NCBI GenBank assembly: GCA_964019335.1
Contig: OZ025719.1
Coordinates: 124,001-188,000 of the forward strand
Direction of reading: 5' to 3'
DNA from: Diplonema japonicum
Taxonomy: Eukaryota > Protista > Euglenozoa: Diplonemea
Length of the DNA: 64,000 nucleotides
The notes beneath the pieces are model-generated. The model did not search any database. It saw only the letters and a list, made by a program, of their open reading frames with translations, and was not told the DNA's origin. Position 1 is the stretch's first letter; every line of letters starts with the position of its first letter. This document shows, one piece after another, positions 34,148 through 46,258 of the stretch. The position numbers and the translations under genes were made by a program.

Positions 34148-35278
34148 ATGTCACTCAAACCTGCCCATGATGGTATCTGGCTCAGAGGCTGCTGCGCAGA
34201 CGTACCTTCGGGGTGGGTAGGAAGAGAAACCCGTCAAGTACACGAACAGTCGCAGAAGTATGAAGGAAAAAAGGACATCTTCTTAGGCCTCAAAGACGGG
34301 GAGAGCATAGAAGAGGGCTTGGAGAGCTTCCGCCGCGAGTCATCCATAAAGGGCAAGGTGCGACAAGTACGAAGTGTTACCCTAGGAAAGAACGAGGACA
34401 AGGGGGGCGAGTGTGGTAAAATATTTGTGCATTTGACATCTCCTGGACTGCTTACGGACGAAATGGTGAAGGATATTGTGGGGGAGTTTGAATGCCGTTC
34501 AGCTGTTGTTGTAGACAACAGGTACGAGCTGGCGGATAGGCACAGGAGAAGCTGCCAGCACACGATCATAGTGCAGGTGCCTGTGGTTGAAGGAAAGCAA
34601 AGGTTTTTCAAGAACGACAAGCCACTTATGGACACAGTTCTGGTCTCTAAAGCGGGCTCCAAAGTGGCGGCTTACGCATCGACTGTGCAGATGGCGAAGA
34701 AGAAAAAGTTTTACTCCCACAAGGTGAACCAAAAGAAGAGCACGAAGAAGAAGCCAAGGGGGGATCACGTCTGTTGTGAGCAACCACCGGTAGAGTGGCA
34801 GGAGGGAGGGCAGTACCAACCGTACCACCAACACCAACACCAACACCAGTACCAACACCAACACCAGTACCAACACCAACACCAGTACGAGTACCAGCAC
34901 CAACACCAGTACCAACACCAACACCAGTACGAGTACGAGTACCAGCACCAGTACGAGTACCAGCACCAACACCAGTACGAGTACGAGTACCAGCACCAGC
35001 ACCAGTACGAGTACCAGCACCAACACCAGTACGAGGACCAGCAGGAGGGGTACCTACTTCCGGTGCCAAATGCCTGCAATGCAACGGGTGGCCACCCTCA
35101 CTACGCTCACTACCCCGAGGCGGGGCTGAATCCTGCAATGTCTAACGAGGAGAACGCGAACCCTCCTTCTGCCACTCCCCCTGCTGGGCCACCCGCTCCT
35201 CTCGCTGGGCCCACCTGTTCCTCAAGGGATTCCCGTGCTGGTCCAGTCAATTTCCAAAAACGGAGCAAATCGGTGTAG
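34148..35278 (+). CDS. Tandem family member 8: double RRM-like protein with an H/Q/Y/E low-complexity insert
   Basis: ATG at 34148; GIWLRGC..RQVHEQS..KKDIFL..IFVHL..TIIVQV..PLMD..YASTVQ..FYSH. Confidence 0.8.
   Translation: MSLKPAHDGIWLRGCCADVPSGWVGRETRQVHEQSQKYEGKKDIFLGLKDGESIEEGLESFRRESSIKGKVRQVRSVTLGKNEDKGGECGKIFVHLTSPGLLTDEMVKDIVGEFECRSAVVVDNRYELADRHRRSCQHTIIVQVPVVEGKQRFFKNDKPLMDTVLVSKAGSKVAAYASTVQMAKKKKFYSHKVNQKKSTKKKPRGDHVCCEQPPVEWQEGGQYQPYHQHQHQHQYQHQHQYQHQHQYEYQHQHQYQHQHQYEYEYQHQYEYQHQHQYEYEYQHQHQYEYQHQHQYEDQQEGYLLPVPNACNATGGHPHYAHYPEAGLNPAMSNEENANPPSATPPAGPPAPLAGPTCSSRDSRAGPVNFQKRSKSV
34812..35041 (+). repeat. In-frame coding microsatellite (CACCAA/CACCAG/TACGAG/TACCAG units)
   Basis: Encodes about 75 aa of (HQ)/(YQ)/(YE) dipeptide repeats. 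Confidence 0.9.
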
Positions 35279-35300
35279 TCGGTGTCCCTCCCCCCCCCCC

Positions 35301-35354
<54 letters not shown>

Positions 35355-36296
35355 TCTTTCTTTTTTTTTAAGTAATGTTTCCCCCGTAGTAGCCGCTAGG
35401 GGCCTATTCTCTCCCCCCATAGGGGCCGCTTCTTGTGCGGAGTTTGCATGTGGCATCGCATTTCTTTATTTTTCCAATTTAAGATGAGCTCGGCTCTACT
35501 GGCACATTTCCTCTTTTTACTTCCCATAGCGAGAAGAAAAAGAGGGAACCAAACACTAAAGGGTGATGCAAAACTACTATTTTTCAGGCTCGCATAACAT
35601 GCAGAAAACCTACTCAGGGAGCCTTGATGACACTTTTTTTTCTTTTCTTTTCCAATTTATCGAAAAAACGTTTTTTTGCATCACTTTTTTCATCTTTTTT
35701 TTCCAGAATGTGCACCAAGAAAAAAAAAAAAAAAAAAACACTATTTTTCCCCTTTTATTTTTATTTTTTATTTTTTTCCCTTTCAAGTTTCTTTCTTTAG
35801 TAGGACCCGAAAACCATAGCATAGACGTGATATCAGTACCACAAAGTAATTCGAAAAAAAATCCAAAAAAGAATTCCATGCTTTGCACCAGATTTTTGGT
35901 ATCGGTATAATGTGTATGCTACTCTCCCACAAATTAGGAAGAGAGCACTGCTCTCCTCCATTGGCACATTTTTATTTCTCGCATTATGAGCGAGAAAGAA
36001 AATAATCCCCCCCCCCCAAACTTTTACTCTTTTTTTCCAGAATGTGCACACTTCTCCCTCCCCCCTTTTTTTTTTCTTTCCTGAAATAATTCAAAACCGA
36101 AGAAGCTCACATCACACCTAAACCCCAACGTGCGTGTTGAACTAACAATTCTCTTTTTGTTCTTCTCCCCCCCCCCCCCCCCAGCACGTTGGCGAAGGCC
36201 GTGGTAGACAAATCTTTTTTTCTTTTTTTTTTGTTGTCTTCATAAAAAAAATTATAAATAAGAAAATAAAGGGGGGGGAGGGGGAGGAGGAAGGTG

Positions 36297-39200
36297 ATGT
36301 CAAAAAAATCACAGGTCGTTGCACGATTCGTGGGTGAGAGAGGCCCCAAGGAGTCGGAATGTAAAGGGTTCAATCTTACCTTCGGCGATGCAGGCGGCGG
36401 GTCGATGCAGCTAACAGAGGGCTTGATACGCGCTGACGTCAGTCTAGAGCGCATTGTGCACCACCCACCATCAAGACTAAACCAAGCCGACGTCTTCGAA
36501 GGCGCGAAAAAAGTCCTTGCAACAGCCATGGACGGGTCACCGGCTGCAGTCCTCCTAGCAGGTGCACGGCAAGGCAACCTAGAGTCATTATTCGGTAAAA
36601 TCCCGTTGGAAGAATCTGATACTCATTTAGATTTATCAGCTGGGTTCGTACCCCGTGCAGTTCTCGCACTCTCAAAAGCCGCCGCAGAAACCCGCAAGGA
36701 AAAGGATGAGGACAAGCCTCTTATAAAGCTAGCATTCTACGGTGTTGCTGAAGGCCGCGGGCAGGACATGCTTGAGAACCGTAATTTCCCTACGGAGGAC
36801 AACGAGAAGTGGGGAAAGGAGGAATACCTCGGCGCGAAGTACATCTACGCAAAGAAATACTCCAATCTGGCCTGGAAGCTGAACAAAGCGCTGAAGCAAT
36901 ACAACGAAGATGAAAGGCTGCAGAGCGTTCTACCGAACCTCACGATGGTCATCAATGTGTGCATCCACCAGGGTGACAAGAAGCCCATATCGATCACCTT
37001 GGTCTCCGCTGCAGAGTGTCACACGAAGGGTGTTGCCGCCGCCATCAAGGCCTGGTTTGCAGAGATCGCCCCCCGTGACCCTGACAACAAGGCATCCAAC
37101 ACTATAGGGCAAGCCCTCTCCACATGCACGAACCTCTGTTTCATCCCGGCCCATCCCTGGTCCTTCACAAGCACGGAACCTTACTACCCCCTTCTCGCCG
37201 AATCGCTCCAATTGCTTTATCCCTCAATCGCTTCTTTTCCCGACGTGCCCAGTGAACTTGTCGCACACTTTCAAGCACAGAACAGCAAAAGCTCTGGGCT
37301 CGGTTCCCGCATTCTCGGGCAGAAGGCCTCCACCCCCACATCTGCAGGGAGTGCCAAACCAGGATCTAAAGGTTGGGGGCTTGTGAATCAGGTGGCCAAC
37401 CAGTTCAAGGCGGCGGGGAGCAATGCTAGAGTGAACCAGCTTGAGACGGAGTTGGAAAAGTTGAAACATGAGATCGGAGAGTCGAACCAAACGAGAGGCA
37501 TCCTGGAGGTGGAGGTCGGGCAGCGCAAGATAGACAACGAGAGGTTGCAGAGCGAGCTGCGCAATAAGAACGCACAGATCGCAGCCCTGAACGAGGAGCT
37601 GGACTCAATGACAAAGCAACGTGACAAGCTGCAGACAAACATGAGCGGAAGGGACCAAGAACTGGAGGCGAGGATCCAAGCTTTGATAAAAGAACGCGAC
37701 AAGGCACTAGAAGAAGTGGAGGAAGGGAAGAAGAAATACGACCAGCTGGCACAGCGCCTAGCCGAAGCCGAAGAAGAAGTCCACAACTGGCGCAAACTCA
37801 AAGCGGGCTGGGACAAGGAGAAAGCAGACCTCCTGGCAGAGATCAACGCTTTGAAGGACAAGCAGCAGCACATGGAGAACGAGTTCAACAGGAAGGTGGA
37901 CGACCTCGAAAAACAACTGGCGGATATGAAGTCCAAAAACAAAAAGCTAGAGGAAGAGCTGGAGAAACTGCGGAGGGCCAAAAACGAAACGGAGCAGAAG
38001 CTCTTTGAGGAAGAACGGCAGCGAAAGGAGGCGGAAGGGAAGAACAAAGACCTGACGAGGGCGAACAAAGATCTTACAGATGAAAACGGTGAGCTGAAGG
38101 TGTTCAAGAAAGAAGCCGAGGACAAAATCAGCGAGTTGACGAAGGAAAACAACGATCTGAGGGACGAGTTCATGAAGCTTGGTCGAGAACACGAAGCTCT
38201 GAAAGAGCAATTCGAGAAGATGCAACGCGAGAGGGACGCATTGAGGGAAGACCTCGACGACACTAGGAGGAAGCTTGCCGAGGCTCTGAGCAACAACCAG
38301 AGCAAAGACAATGAAAAGGAACTCATGAGCGACCTACTCAAGAAGCTGCAGAAGGAGAACGAGTACCTCAAAGAAGAGCTCCAGAAGCTGAAGGACAAGC
38401 TGCAAGAGGAACAAGACAACCAACGAGAGCTGAAAAAGGACAAAGACGACCTCACCGGCAAAGTCGAAGAGCTCACCAGGGAGCTAGCGGCCGCACGAGA
38501 AGCCGCCAAGCGAAGCAAGCAGGAACAAGACAAACTCCAAGCAGAGCTCACAGAGGCAGACCACATCATCACAGACTTACAGGACCAGCTGGACAAGCTG
38601 CAGAAGGACTATGCTGAGCTGGTTGGTAGAAATGAGAAACTGAACGTTGAGAAAAACGATGCTACCGCCGAGAACACACGTCTCACAGCAAACAACGAGG
38701 ACCTACAGAATGAGATGGACAGGCTTGCCCGTGAGAAGAAAAAGCTCCAGGAAGCCCTTGAAAACAGTCGCAAGAAAGAGAACTGGACGGAGGCACAGTT
38801 GAAGGAGAAGAAAGACGAGCTGCAGAACCTCAAAGACGCGTTTGACAAGCTGCTGGGCGAGAAACGTGCAGTTGACGAAGAGCTCAGAGACCTCAAGGAC
38901 AGAGAGGCGTCTCTTCTGGAAGACCTTGACGATCTTAAAAATAAGCTGGAAGAGATGCAAGACAAGCACGAGTGCTGTTGTAAGGACAAGGCTGCGCTGG
39001 AGGCAAAGCTAGCTGAGCTGAAAGCGCTTCTCAAACAGCTTGAAGCAGAGAACGATGAGTTGCGAAGGGCTAAGATACAAAATGGCGAAGCCATTGAGAA
39101 CCTGCAGAAGCAGAACCAACAGAAGTCCGACGAGATTGAAACATTGCGCGCGAAGCTGAAGGAAACCGCGGAAGACCTTGCTGAAGCTGAGAACGAGCGG

Positions 39201-42200
39201 GACAAGTTGATGGAAAAAGCAGAGAGATTGGATAAGGACAAGAACCTACTACAGGAACAGCTGGACAGGGCGAGGAATGAAGTGCAGCAGAAACATGACG
39301 ACGTGGACCGCCTGATGAAAGAGAAACAGGCCCTGCAAGAAAGGTTCGAAAAGCTTGCCAACGAACACTCCGCCTTAAAAGCGAAGCACGACAACCTAAT
39401 GAATGACAACCAGCAGAAGGCCATAGATATTGAAGCTCTTAAACGCGAGAGGGACGACCTGCAGCAGATGCTGGACAAGGTGAGCAAGGAACGCACGGAT
39501 CTTGAGGACGAACTTGACAAGGCACGTCAAGAAGTATCGAACCTGAAGCGTGAGCTTGAAAGGAACAAGATGGAGATGAACAACCAAAACGACCTCTTGA
39601 AAAGGGTCAAGGCAGACAAGGCAGCGTTGCAAGAGGATTACAACAACCTGAAGCATGTTAAGCAAGAGCTTGAAAGCGAGCGGGACAAGTTGCATCGCGA
39701 CTTGGGACATCTTGAAGAGGTCGCCGAGAAGCTGAAGGCTAGCGAGACCGCACTAATCGAGGAGAACGCACGCCTTAAGCAAAAGATTGAAGAAGTGGAA
39801 GCCGAGAAGGACGACGTCAAGAGGGATCTGCACGACTGCGAAGGCAGGGCCGCTACCCTCCAGACGCAGTTGACAGGTGCCAACTCGAGACTCAAGGCTG
39901 AGGCCTCCAGAGCCGCACAAGCGGAGCAAGATGCTGCAGAGCAAAAGAAGCACCGCCTTGCTGAGCAGCAGCGGCACGCAGCCCTGCTGAAGGAGCTTCA
40001 GAAGGAGCTAGAAGACGCCAGGGCGCAGAAGAACTTAATGGACGACCGTGTCAAGGAGCTAGACGGGGAGCTAACGCGCCTACAGGACAAGCTTGCAAGA
40101 AAAGAAGCGGAGCTGCAAGAAGCCAAGGCCGAAACAGAGAGGGAGCGGGCAGAGACGGAATCTCAGAAAGCAAAGAAATGGCAGGCCAGAGGAGAGCTCG
40201 ATACAGTAATTCATGAACGCGATGCGCTGCAGAGGAAGGTCGACAGCCTCCTGGCGGAGATAAAGCCTCTTAAAGAGAGGCTGGAAGAAGCAGGAGTCCT
40301 TGAGAGACGGCTTACCAATGAACTGGATGCTCTACGCAGGGAGAAGGACAGTGCTCAGGACAGGCTGGCCCGTGCTGCTGAAGAAATGCAGAAGCTTCGA
40401 AACGACTTGCATGAGTCTGACGAGAAGAACAACACCCTGTCGGCAGAGCTGGATGGATGTGTTAGGGATAAAGCCGCTCTCCAAGCCGAGCTCTCGGGTG
40501 CCCTTGCACGCATTAAGGGTCTGACGGAAGAGCTTGCCTCTGCCGATGCGGATAAGGCAGCACTCAACTCCGATAAAGAGCGTCTTTTGGCTGAGCTACG
40601 ACGCATGAAGCCCCGCCTGACTGCTTTGGAAGAGGAGGTTGATGTCTTGAAGCAGGAGAGGAACAAGCTGCAGGAGCAGTTTGCGAACGCTGAGGCCGAG
40701 TTAGCCACTACTGCAGACAGGCTGCGGAGGACGGAGAACGACCTGTCGCAGTGCGAGGGGAACTTCACCAGGGCACAGCGAGAGACGGCCAGCCTGCGCG
40801 ACGAGCTCGCCACGGTGCAGGAGAGGCTTGCAGCATCAAGGGACGAGCTCGACAAGCTGACCGAAGAGATCCGAAACGCAAGGACGGAGCAAGACCTCGC
40901 CCGCAGCCAAGCACAGTCTGCATTGGATGAGCTCATAGACGTCAAAGAGGTATGCATGATATGGGAAACAAAACCGTGAAACAGAAACTCGCGCGTTCCG
41001 AAGCCGACACGGCGGCCGTGGTAGCCACGATGGACGAGATGAAGCTCAACCTAAAACGCGCCTACGCCGAGAGGGACGAGCTGCAGCTCGAAAAAGCTGC
41101 ATGGGACCACGACAAAGCACAACTAGAACAGCAAACACGACAGTACAAGCAGCGCACCGGCGACCTCGAGTCGGAAATGCTGTCCCTGAAGAGAGAGCTC
41201 GCCAGGAGGTATGTCACCGCATCTACAAACAAAAACCGAAATACAGGAACGACGAGATCGAAACGGCAAAGCTTGACATCGAGAGGCTGCGGCATCAGGT
41301 GGAGGACGGGAAAGCCATGCTAGAAACTGCCCAGGAGAAGGAGAGGGGGTTAGCTCGCGACCTTGAGATGGCCCACGCCAGGAACAGACAGATGGCAACC
41401 GAATGGGAACTCGAAAACGATGGACTGCGCAGAGAACTCACAAAAAAGGAAGGAGAAATCTCAACACTGCAGCAAGAAGTGCGGTACACGACAGACTCGC
41501 TGGGCGACATCAAAGCACAGCTTGATGCATCGCAAGACAGGGAAAGACTCTTGAAGGCAGACATGGAGGACCACGTCAACAACATCAGCAGACTAGAAAG
41601 ACTACGCGTTGAAGATGGAAAGGATGCACGGAGGGAACAGGAACGCCTCTCGGCGGAGTACGCCAGAATCCGAAAAGAACGCGACACCGCTCTACACTCT
41701 GTGACGGAGGCAGAGCAGCAGTACAAAGACGAACAGGCAAGAACCCGCACCATCGAGATCCAACTGAAGCAGCGTGTGCTCGACAACGAAGCGCAGCTCA
41801 GCACGATACGAGACTTGCAGGATATCAAGCTGAGGCTCGAGGACGAACTGGAGAAACTAACAGAACAGGTTAGGAAGGTATGAAGAAAAAAGAAGGGAAA
41901 AAAAAAAATACCCCACAGCTGCAATCCGAGAAGATGCACCTCGAAACCGACATGAAGGACGCACGTCAAGAGATCCAACACCTGCAGCTCGACATCGAGG
42001 CACTGAGAAGGGACAGAGACGCTGCAAAAAGGTGTGCCCTGACTAAAAGTTAAAAAAAAGATTTTTCTTTTCAAAAAAGAGCGCAAGTTTCGCTAAAGAG
42101 TGAGATGGACATGCTGCTCGAGAAGATAAAGACACTGGAACAGTTCCTCGAGACAGAAGAGATAAAGAACAGGAGGCTGGACGACAGGGCCAGGGTGTTA

Positions 42201-43192
42201 GAGACCGAGCTGGAGGATATGAAGACAAGGCTGAGCGTGGCAGAGGACGCAGAAGTCATGGCGGAGGAGAGATACACCACAGAGAGGATGCGTCTCCAAA
42301 GAATGCTTGAAGACGCACGCGCACAAAGCAAGTCCCTTCAGTCAGACCTCGACCAGGTGGACGAAGCGTCTGGCGTCGCTCTACGCAGGCTGCAGACAGT
42401 TGTGACGGTAGCCGACTTCAATACTGACAACGACGACCCTGCCTCGGCAGTATGGCTTACCCCTTTTTATTAAAAAAAAATATAAAAAAAAAAACCCCAT
42501 TTATTCACAGTTCCAACTCCTTATTGCTGTGATCCAACGTCTCATGACGGAAGTCGAAGAGGCAAGGACGAATTTCAGGTTTTTTTTTTTTGAGGGGGAA
42601 AAAAAAAAAAAAAAAACATATTCACATTTACAGGGAGCAATCTGCTCTGATCCGCCAGCTTCAAATGACTGTTCAAGCTTCTTCTGCTGACCTCTCTGGC
42701 CTCTCAACACAGGTCCCCAAACTGTTGGGCTCGTCTGGGAGCCCACGGTCGGCTGCGGTGAGGTCACCCAGGATGCATTCTGAATCACCACAACGAGCAG
42801 AAAGCGAAAGAGAAAGCCCCGCAAGGGAAAGTCCTACAGGCATAGCGTGGAGGTCGCTGGACATCAGCAAGGGAGTGCCTGAGGCGGGGGACGTGGTGGC
42901 GACGCAGATGGTCGAATCGCGCCAGTCGCCTTTGAGGAGTAGCATCAGGCCTGTTGGTCTTTCCCTGGGTGCGTCCATCTCTCGCGCTGACTCGGCGTAC
43001 GGTCGAGCTTCTCCTTCTCCGTCTGTTCACTATACCCCTATGAGGACGTCATCTCCCCGTGCCCTTCCCAACCCCGACCCGATCGCAAGCTACCCTCGGA
43101 GAAGGACCTCTGCCGCATCAGTGCAGAGTGTACCCGTGTCCTCTGGTATGAGGAGGGCCCTTGCCATTGTCCGGGGTGTCGTTGATGAATAG
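36297..43192 (+). CDS. Very large kinesin-like protein: degenerate N-terminal motor-like domain, long coiled coil, S/P/R-rich tail; 7 exons
   Basis: Motor-like blocks NQADVF..AMDG..VLLAG, GFVPRA, IKLAFY..QDML, ISITLVSAAE. Frame-restoring GT-AG introns at 40950-40984, 41209-41246, 41878-41918 (alternative donor 41869), 42032-42079, 42450-42510 and 42579-42633; stop at 43190-43192. Confidence 0.8.
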
Positions 43193-43926
43193 ATAGAAAA
43201 CAATTTTTATTTCTAGATTTTTTTTTTTTTTTTATTCTAACTAGAGGAGTAATTTCTTTTTTTTTTTCCCATAATTACACTCCCGTGCAATTTTATGAAT
43301 GCCCCCACCATATGCTCTTTGGATATTTCCTTTATAAAAAGAAAAAAAAAAAAATCGAACGCCCGATTATCTAGAGGTTTAATAAGTGCGTTCTCCAGTG
43401 GGGTTGCGGGGGGAAGAAAAATAACTACTTACCTGTTGGAGCAAATTCCATCCTTTCGTTCCATCGTTAAAAAAGAAATGAGGTAAATAGGGAGGGGAGG
43501 GGAGGAGTTTTTTTTTTTTTAAATATCTGTACACTGTACTCTTCTTATTTTTATTTTTTCTTGTTGTTAAAGTTTTTTTTTCTCCCTCCGTTTATCTGTC
43601 CCCCCCCCTTTTTTTTCCTATGTGTGTATGTACCTATTATATTTTTATCTTTTTTTTTCTTCTTCTTTTCTAATATCCACCCACCACTCTAAACGTGTAG
43701 CAAAATATCTTTTTCTTTTTTTCTTTCCATGTCGGTTCCCCCCTTCTCTTTATAAAAAAAAAATACAAAAAACAAAGTTCGGGGAAACAAAGATTTCCGT
43801 TTTTTTCTTTTTTTTCATTGCTCTATTTTTCTCTTTTTTTTATTTAAAAAAAGTTTCTTCCCCCAAAAAACCCCCCCCAAAAAAAACAAAAGTTGGGGTT
43901 TAACAGGGAAAAAAAAAAAAAAAAAA

Positions 43927-44080
43927 ATGATGAACCCATCAGCCCCACCTTTGGAAGATATCAGTGCAATTGAAGACCTGATGGCGATGGGGTACGATCG
44001 CGAAACAGTGACAAATGCTTTGACGGTCTGCCGCGGAGATGTACAAAACGCAGCAACCATGCTGGTGGACGGGGTCCCGC

Positions 44081-44117
<37 letters not shown>

Positions 44118-45912
44118 TTACGACCCATCAATGCACGCCCCGCAGCCAGCAGAGGGCAGCGAATTCCTCGCCGAGAAAGCTCTGAACGATATGCTCCTGA
44201 CGCTTCTCGACGATAGCATAACTGATAAGCACACCAAAGGCCAACCCCTCAACCCTGCAAGTTCGCAAAAAACAGGCCTCCACACCAAGATAACCTTCAC
44301 AGGAAATCAATACCATGGAACTATTACCACCGACGAGTGGCTCAACGATCTTTACACAGCAAGACGCGCGCATATTTCACGACATCGGTACGCCATGACG
44401 GATATAGTCGACACTTTTGGAGAGAAGATATCCGACGCGTTTCATTCAAACACGATTACAAACAAAATCGAGTCCACTGTAAAGGTTTCGGGGTACAAGC
44501 TTCTCGGTTCGTTGGGGGGTAAAATCGACAAGGCGGCCAACAAGGTCATCAAGGCAACAGGGATGGAATCTCAAACCGCTCCATGCGTCTCCACAGAACG
44601 CCGCTACGCCGCCATCGAACTCCCAGAGGTCAAAATCGACTGGGCGAAAACATGGTACCCAACAGTTTTCGGCCGCGCCACAAAAATCCACCATTTCGGC
44701 CATATTCAAGGAAAACAACTAGACCCGATAGGAGCAGCGATGGTTCCAACCGCCGTCTCGGAAGCCCGCAGAAAATGGGATCAAGCAAACCAAGTAGACC
44801 CTGTTCTGTGGCGGTTCAAAACGCTAGCAATCCGCGTTCGACAAGCGGAACAATCTCTCGCGGAAATGTTGAATGTTGACCCGAACGATTTGAAGATAAC
44901 GCTCAACGCTGAGTACGGACTGTGCAGCGTGATAAAGTCGCTTCCGTGGATTGCAGGACAAGCGGTGATATACCTAGATAACGTATCACACGCGTGTAAA
45001 AAAATTCTACAGCGAGCCGCGAGGGAGTATGCAATCGAACTCGTCCCCGTTCAAGTAGCTTACCCCTTCAACTTCGACTCGGTTAAAACCAAGGTCAAAC
45101 ATACTATAAAAAACACCCCACACGCCGCACTCGCAGTATTCTCAGAAGTTGGATACGAAGACGGTGTGAAAATCTCCGTCAGAAAGCTGACGACGTACTT
45201 CCACGATCGAAAAATCTCCGTTTTAGTGGACGGGACCATGGCGGTCGGGCAGCACGACATCTCGATCTCCGGGAAGGGATGCGACTGGTACGTTGCCACG
45301 CTCTCGAACTGGATGTACTGTGAGCACGGTTGTGGGGTCATCATTGCACATCCTTTGAAGCAGCCTGTGACGCAGACTTTAACAGTGTCCTACTTTGACA
45401 GGGGTGACGCCTCCGCTCCGGGTTTCAATGTGTCTTATGAAAAGGAGTTCTCTTACCAGGGTTTGCAAGATTTTGCAAATTGGTGCAGTATTCACCAATC
45501 TTTTAGGTTTGCTGCGTCTGTCTGTGGTGGTTGGGGGAAGATACGGTCTTATACGCATGGGCTTGCCAAAAGAATTGTGAATGAGGTTTGTAAAATCTGG
45601 AACGTGCGGCCCATACAGCCGGACGGCGATTTTGGAGCCACTCCTGTCATTCCGATCCCGCATGGGAGAGGGCAGGACAGGTTTGTCGCTGCTATTCTCA
45701 CCGCGTACATCGCGATCTCGGGGCATTTTACCGTGCGGATCGTGTCTTTGCCTATAAATGGTGAGCCGTGTCTGTGTGCGAGGTTCTCGTGTCAAATTTT
45801 CAACGAGCTTCAGGAGTACATTGACGCTGCTCATTACATCCCTACCTTGCAGCCTTATAACGCTCTAGATGTTTCTATGGTGGACCTTAGTATGTACGAT
45901 ACGTTGAGCTGA
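43927..45912 (+). CDS. UBA domain + polyQ + class-V aminotransferase-fold (cysteine desulfhydrase / isopenicillin-N epimerase / Egt2-like) protein, probable pseudoenzyme
   Basis: IEDLMAMGYDRE.V.NAL..CRGDVQNAATML is a UBA consensus; LNV.P.DL..T.NA..G...VIKSL, VLVDG..AVGQ, DWYVATLSNWMY, F.YQGLQD and R.SCQIFN match the fold-type-I class-V layout. Confidence 0.8.
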
Positions 45913-45915
45913 ACG

Positions 45916-45949
<34 letters not shown>

Positions 45950-45951
<2 letters not shown>

Positions 45952-46258
45952 CACTCTTTTTCTGAAATTACTTCACACTCTCGGGGGGGGGGGGGGGGGG
46001 GGGGGCTAATACTTCACGGTGGCTCAGTTCCAAGTTGGACTACTTTTTCCTCCCAATTTGCCCACTTTTGGCTAGGCCTTGTACCCCTTGTCACCCTGTT
46101 GTGCCCCTCGTGGTGAAGTAATTTCAGAGTGTCGTGAAATAAAACCACTTACCTACCGCCAAGTAATGCTTTACCGTCTTCTCAGCTCCTCGATGGTAAA
46201 AATTCGGGAACCTCGAGGTAACGGTAAAGTCATTACTTGTTGGCAGTAAATAGCTATT
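45950..46258. mobile_element. Reverse, internally deleted copy of the 21398-22072 element
   Basis: Ends ...CATTACTTGTTGGCAGTAAATAGCTATT, the reverse complement of the 21398 terminus. Confidence 0.65.

Noticed and set aside
34499-35145. Poly-VL, poly-WC, GAGT and VPTP ORFs in alternative frames
   Set aside because: They are shadow translations of the coding microsatellite in member 8.
37388-40957. Long minus-strand Ser/Leu/Phe-rich ORFs
   Set aside because: Antisense shadows of the E/K/L-rich coiled-coil exon.
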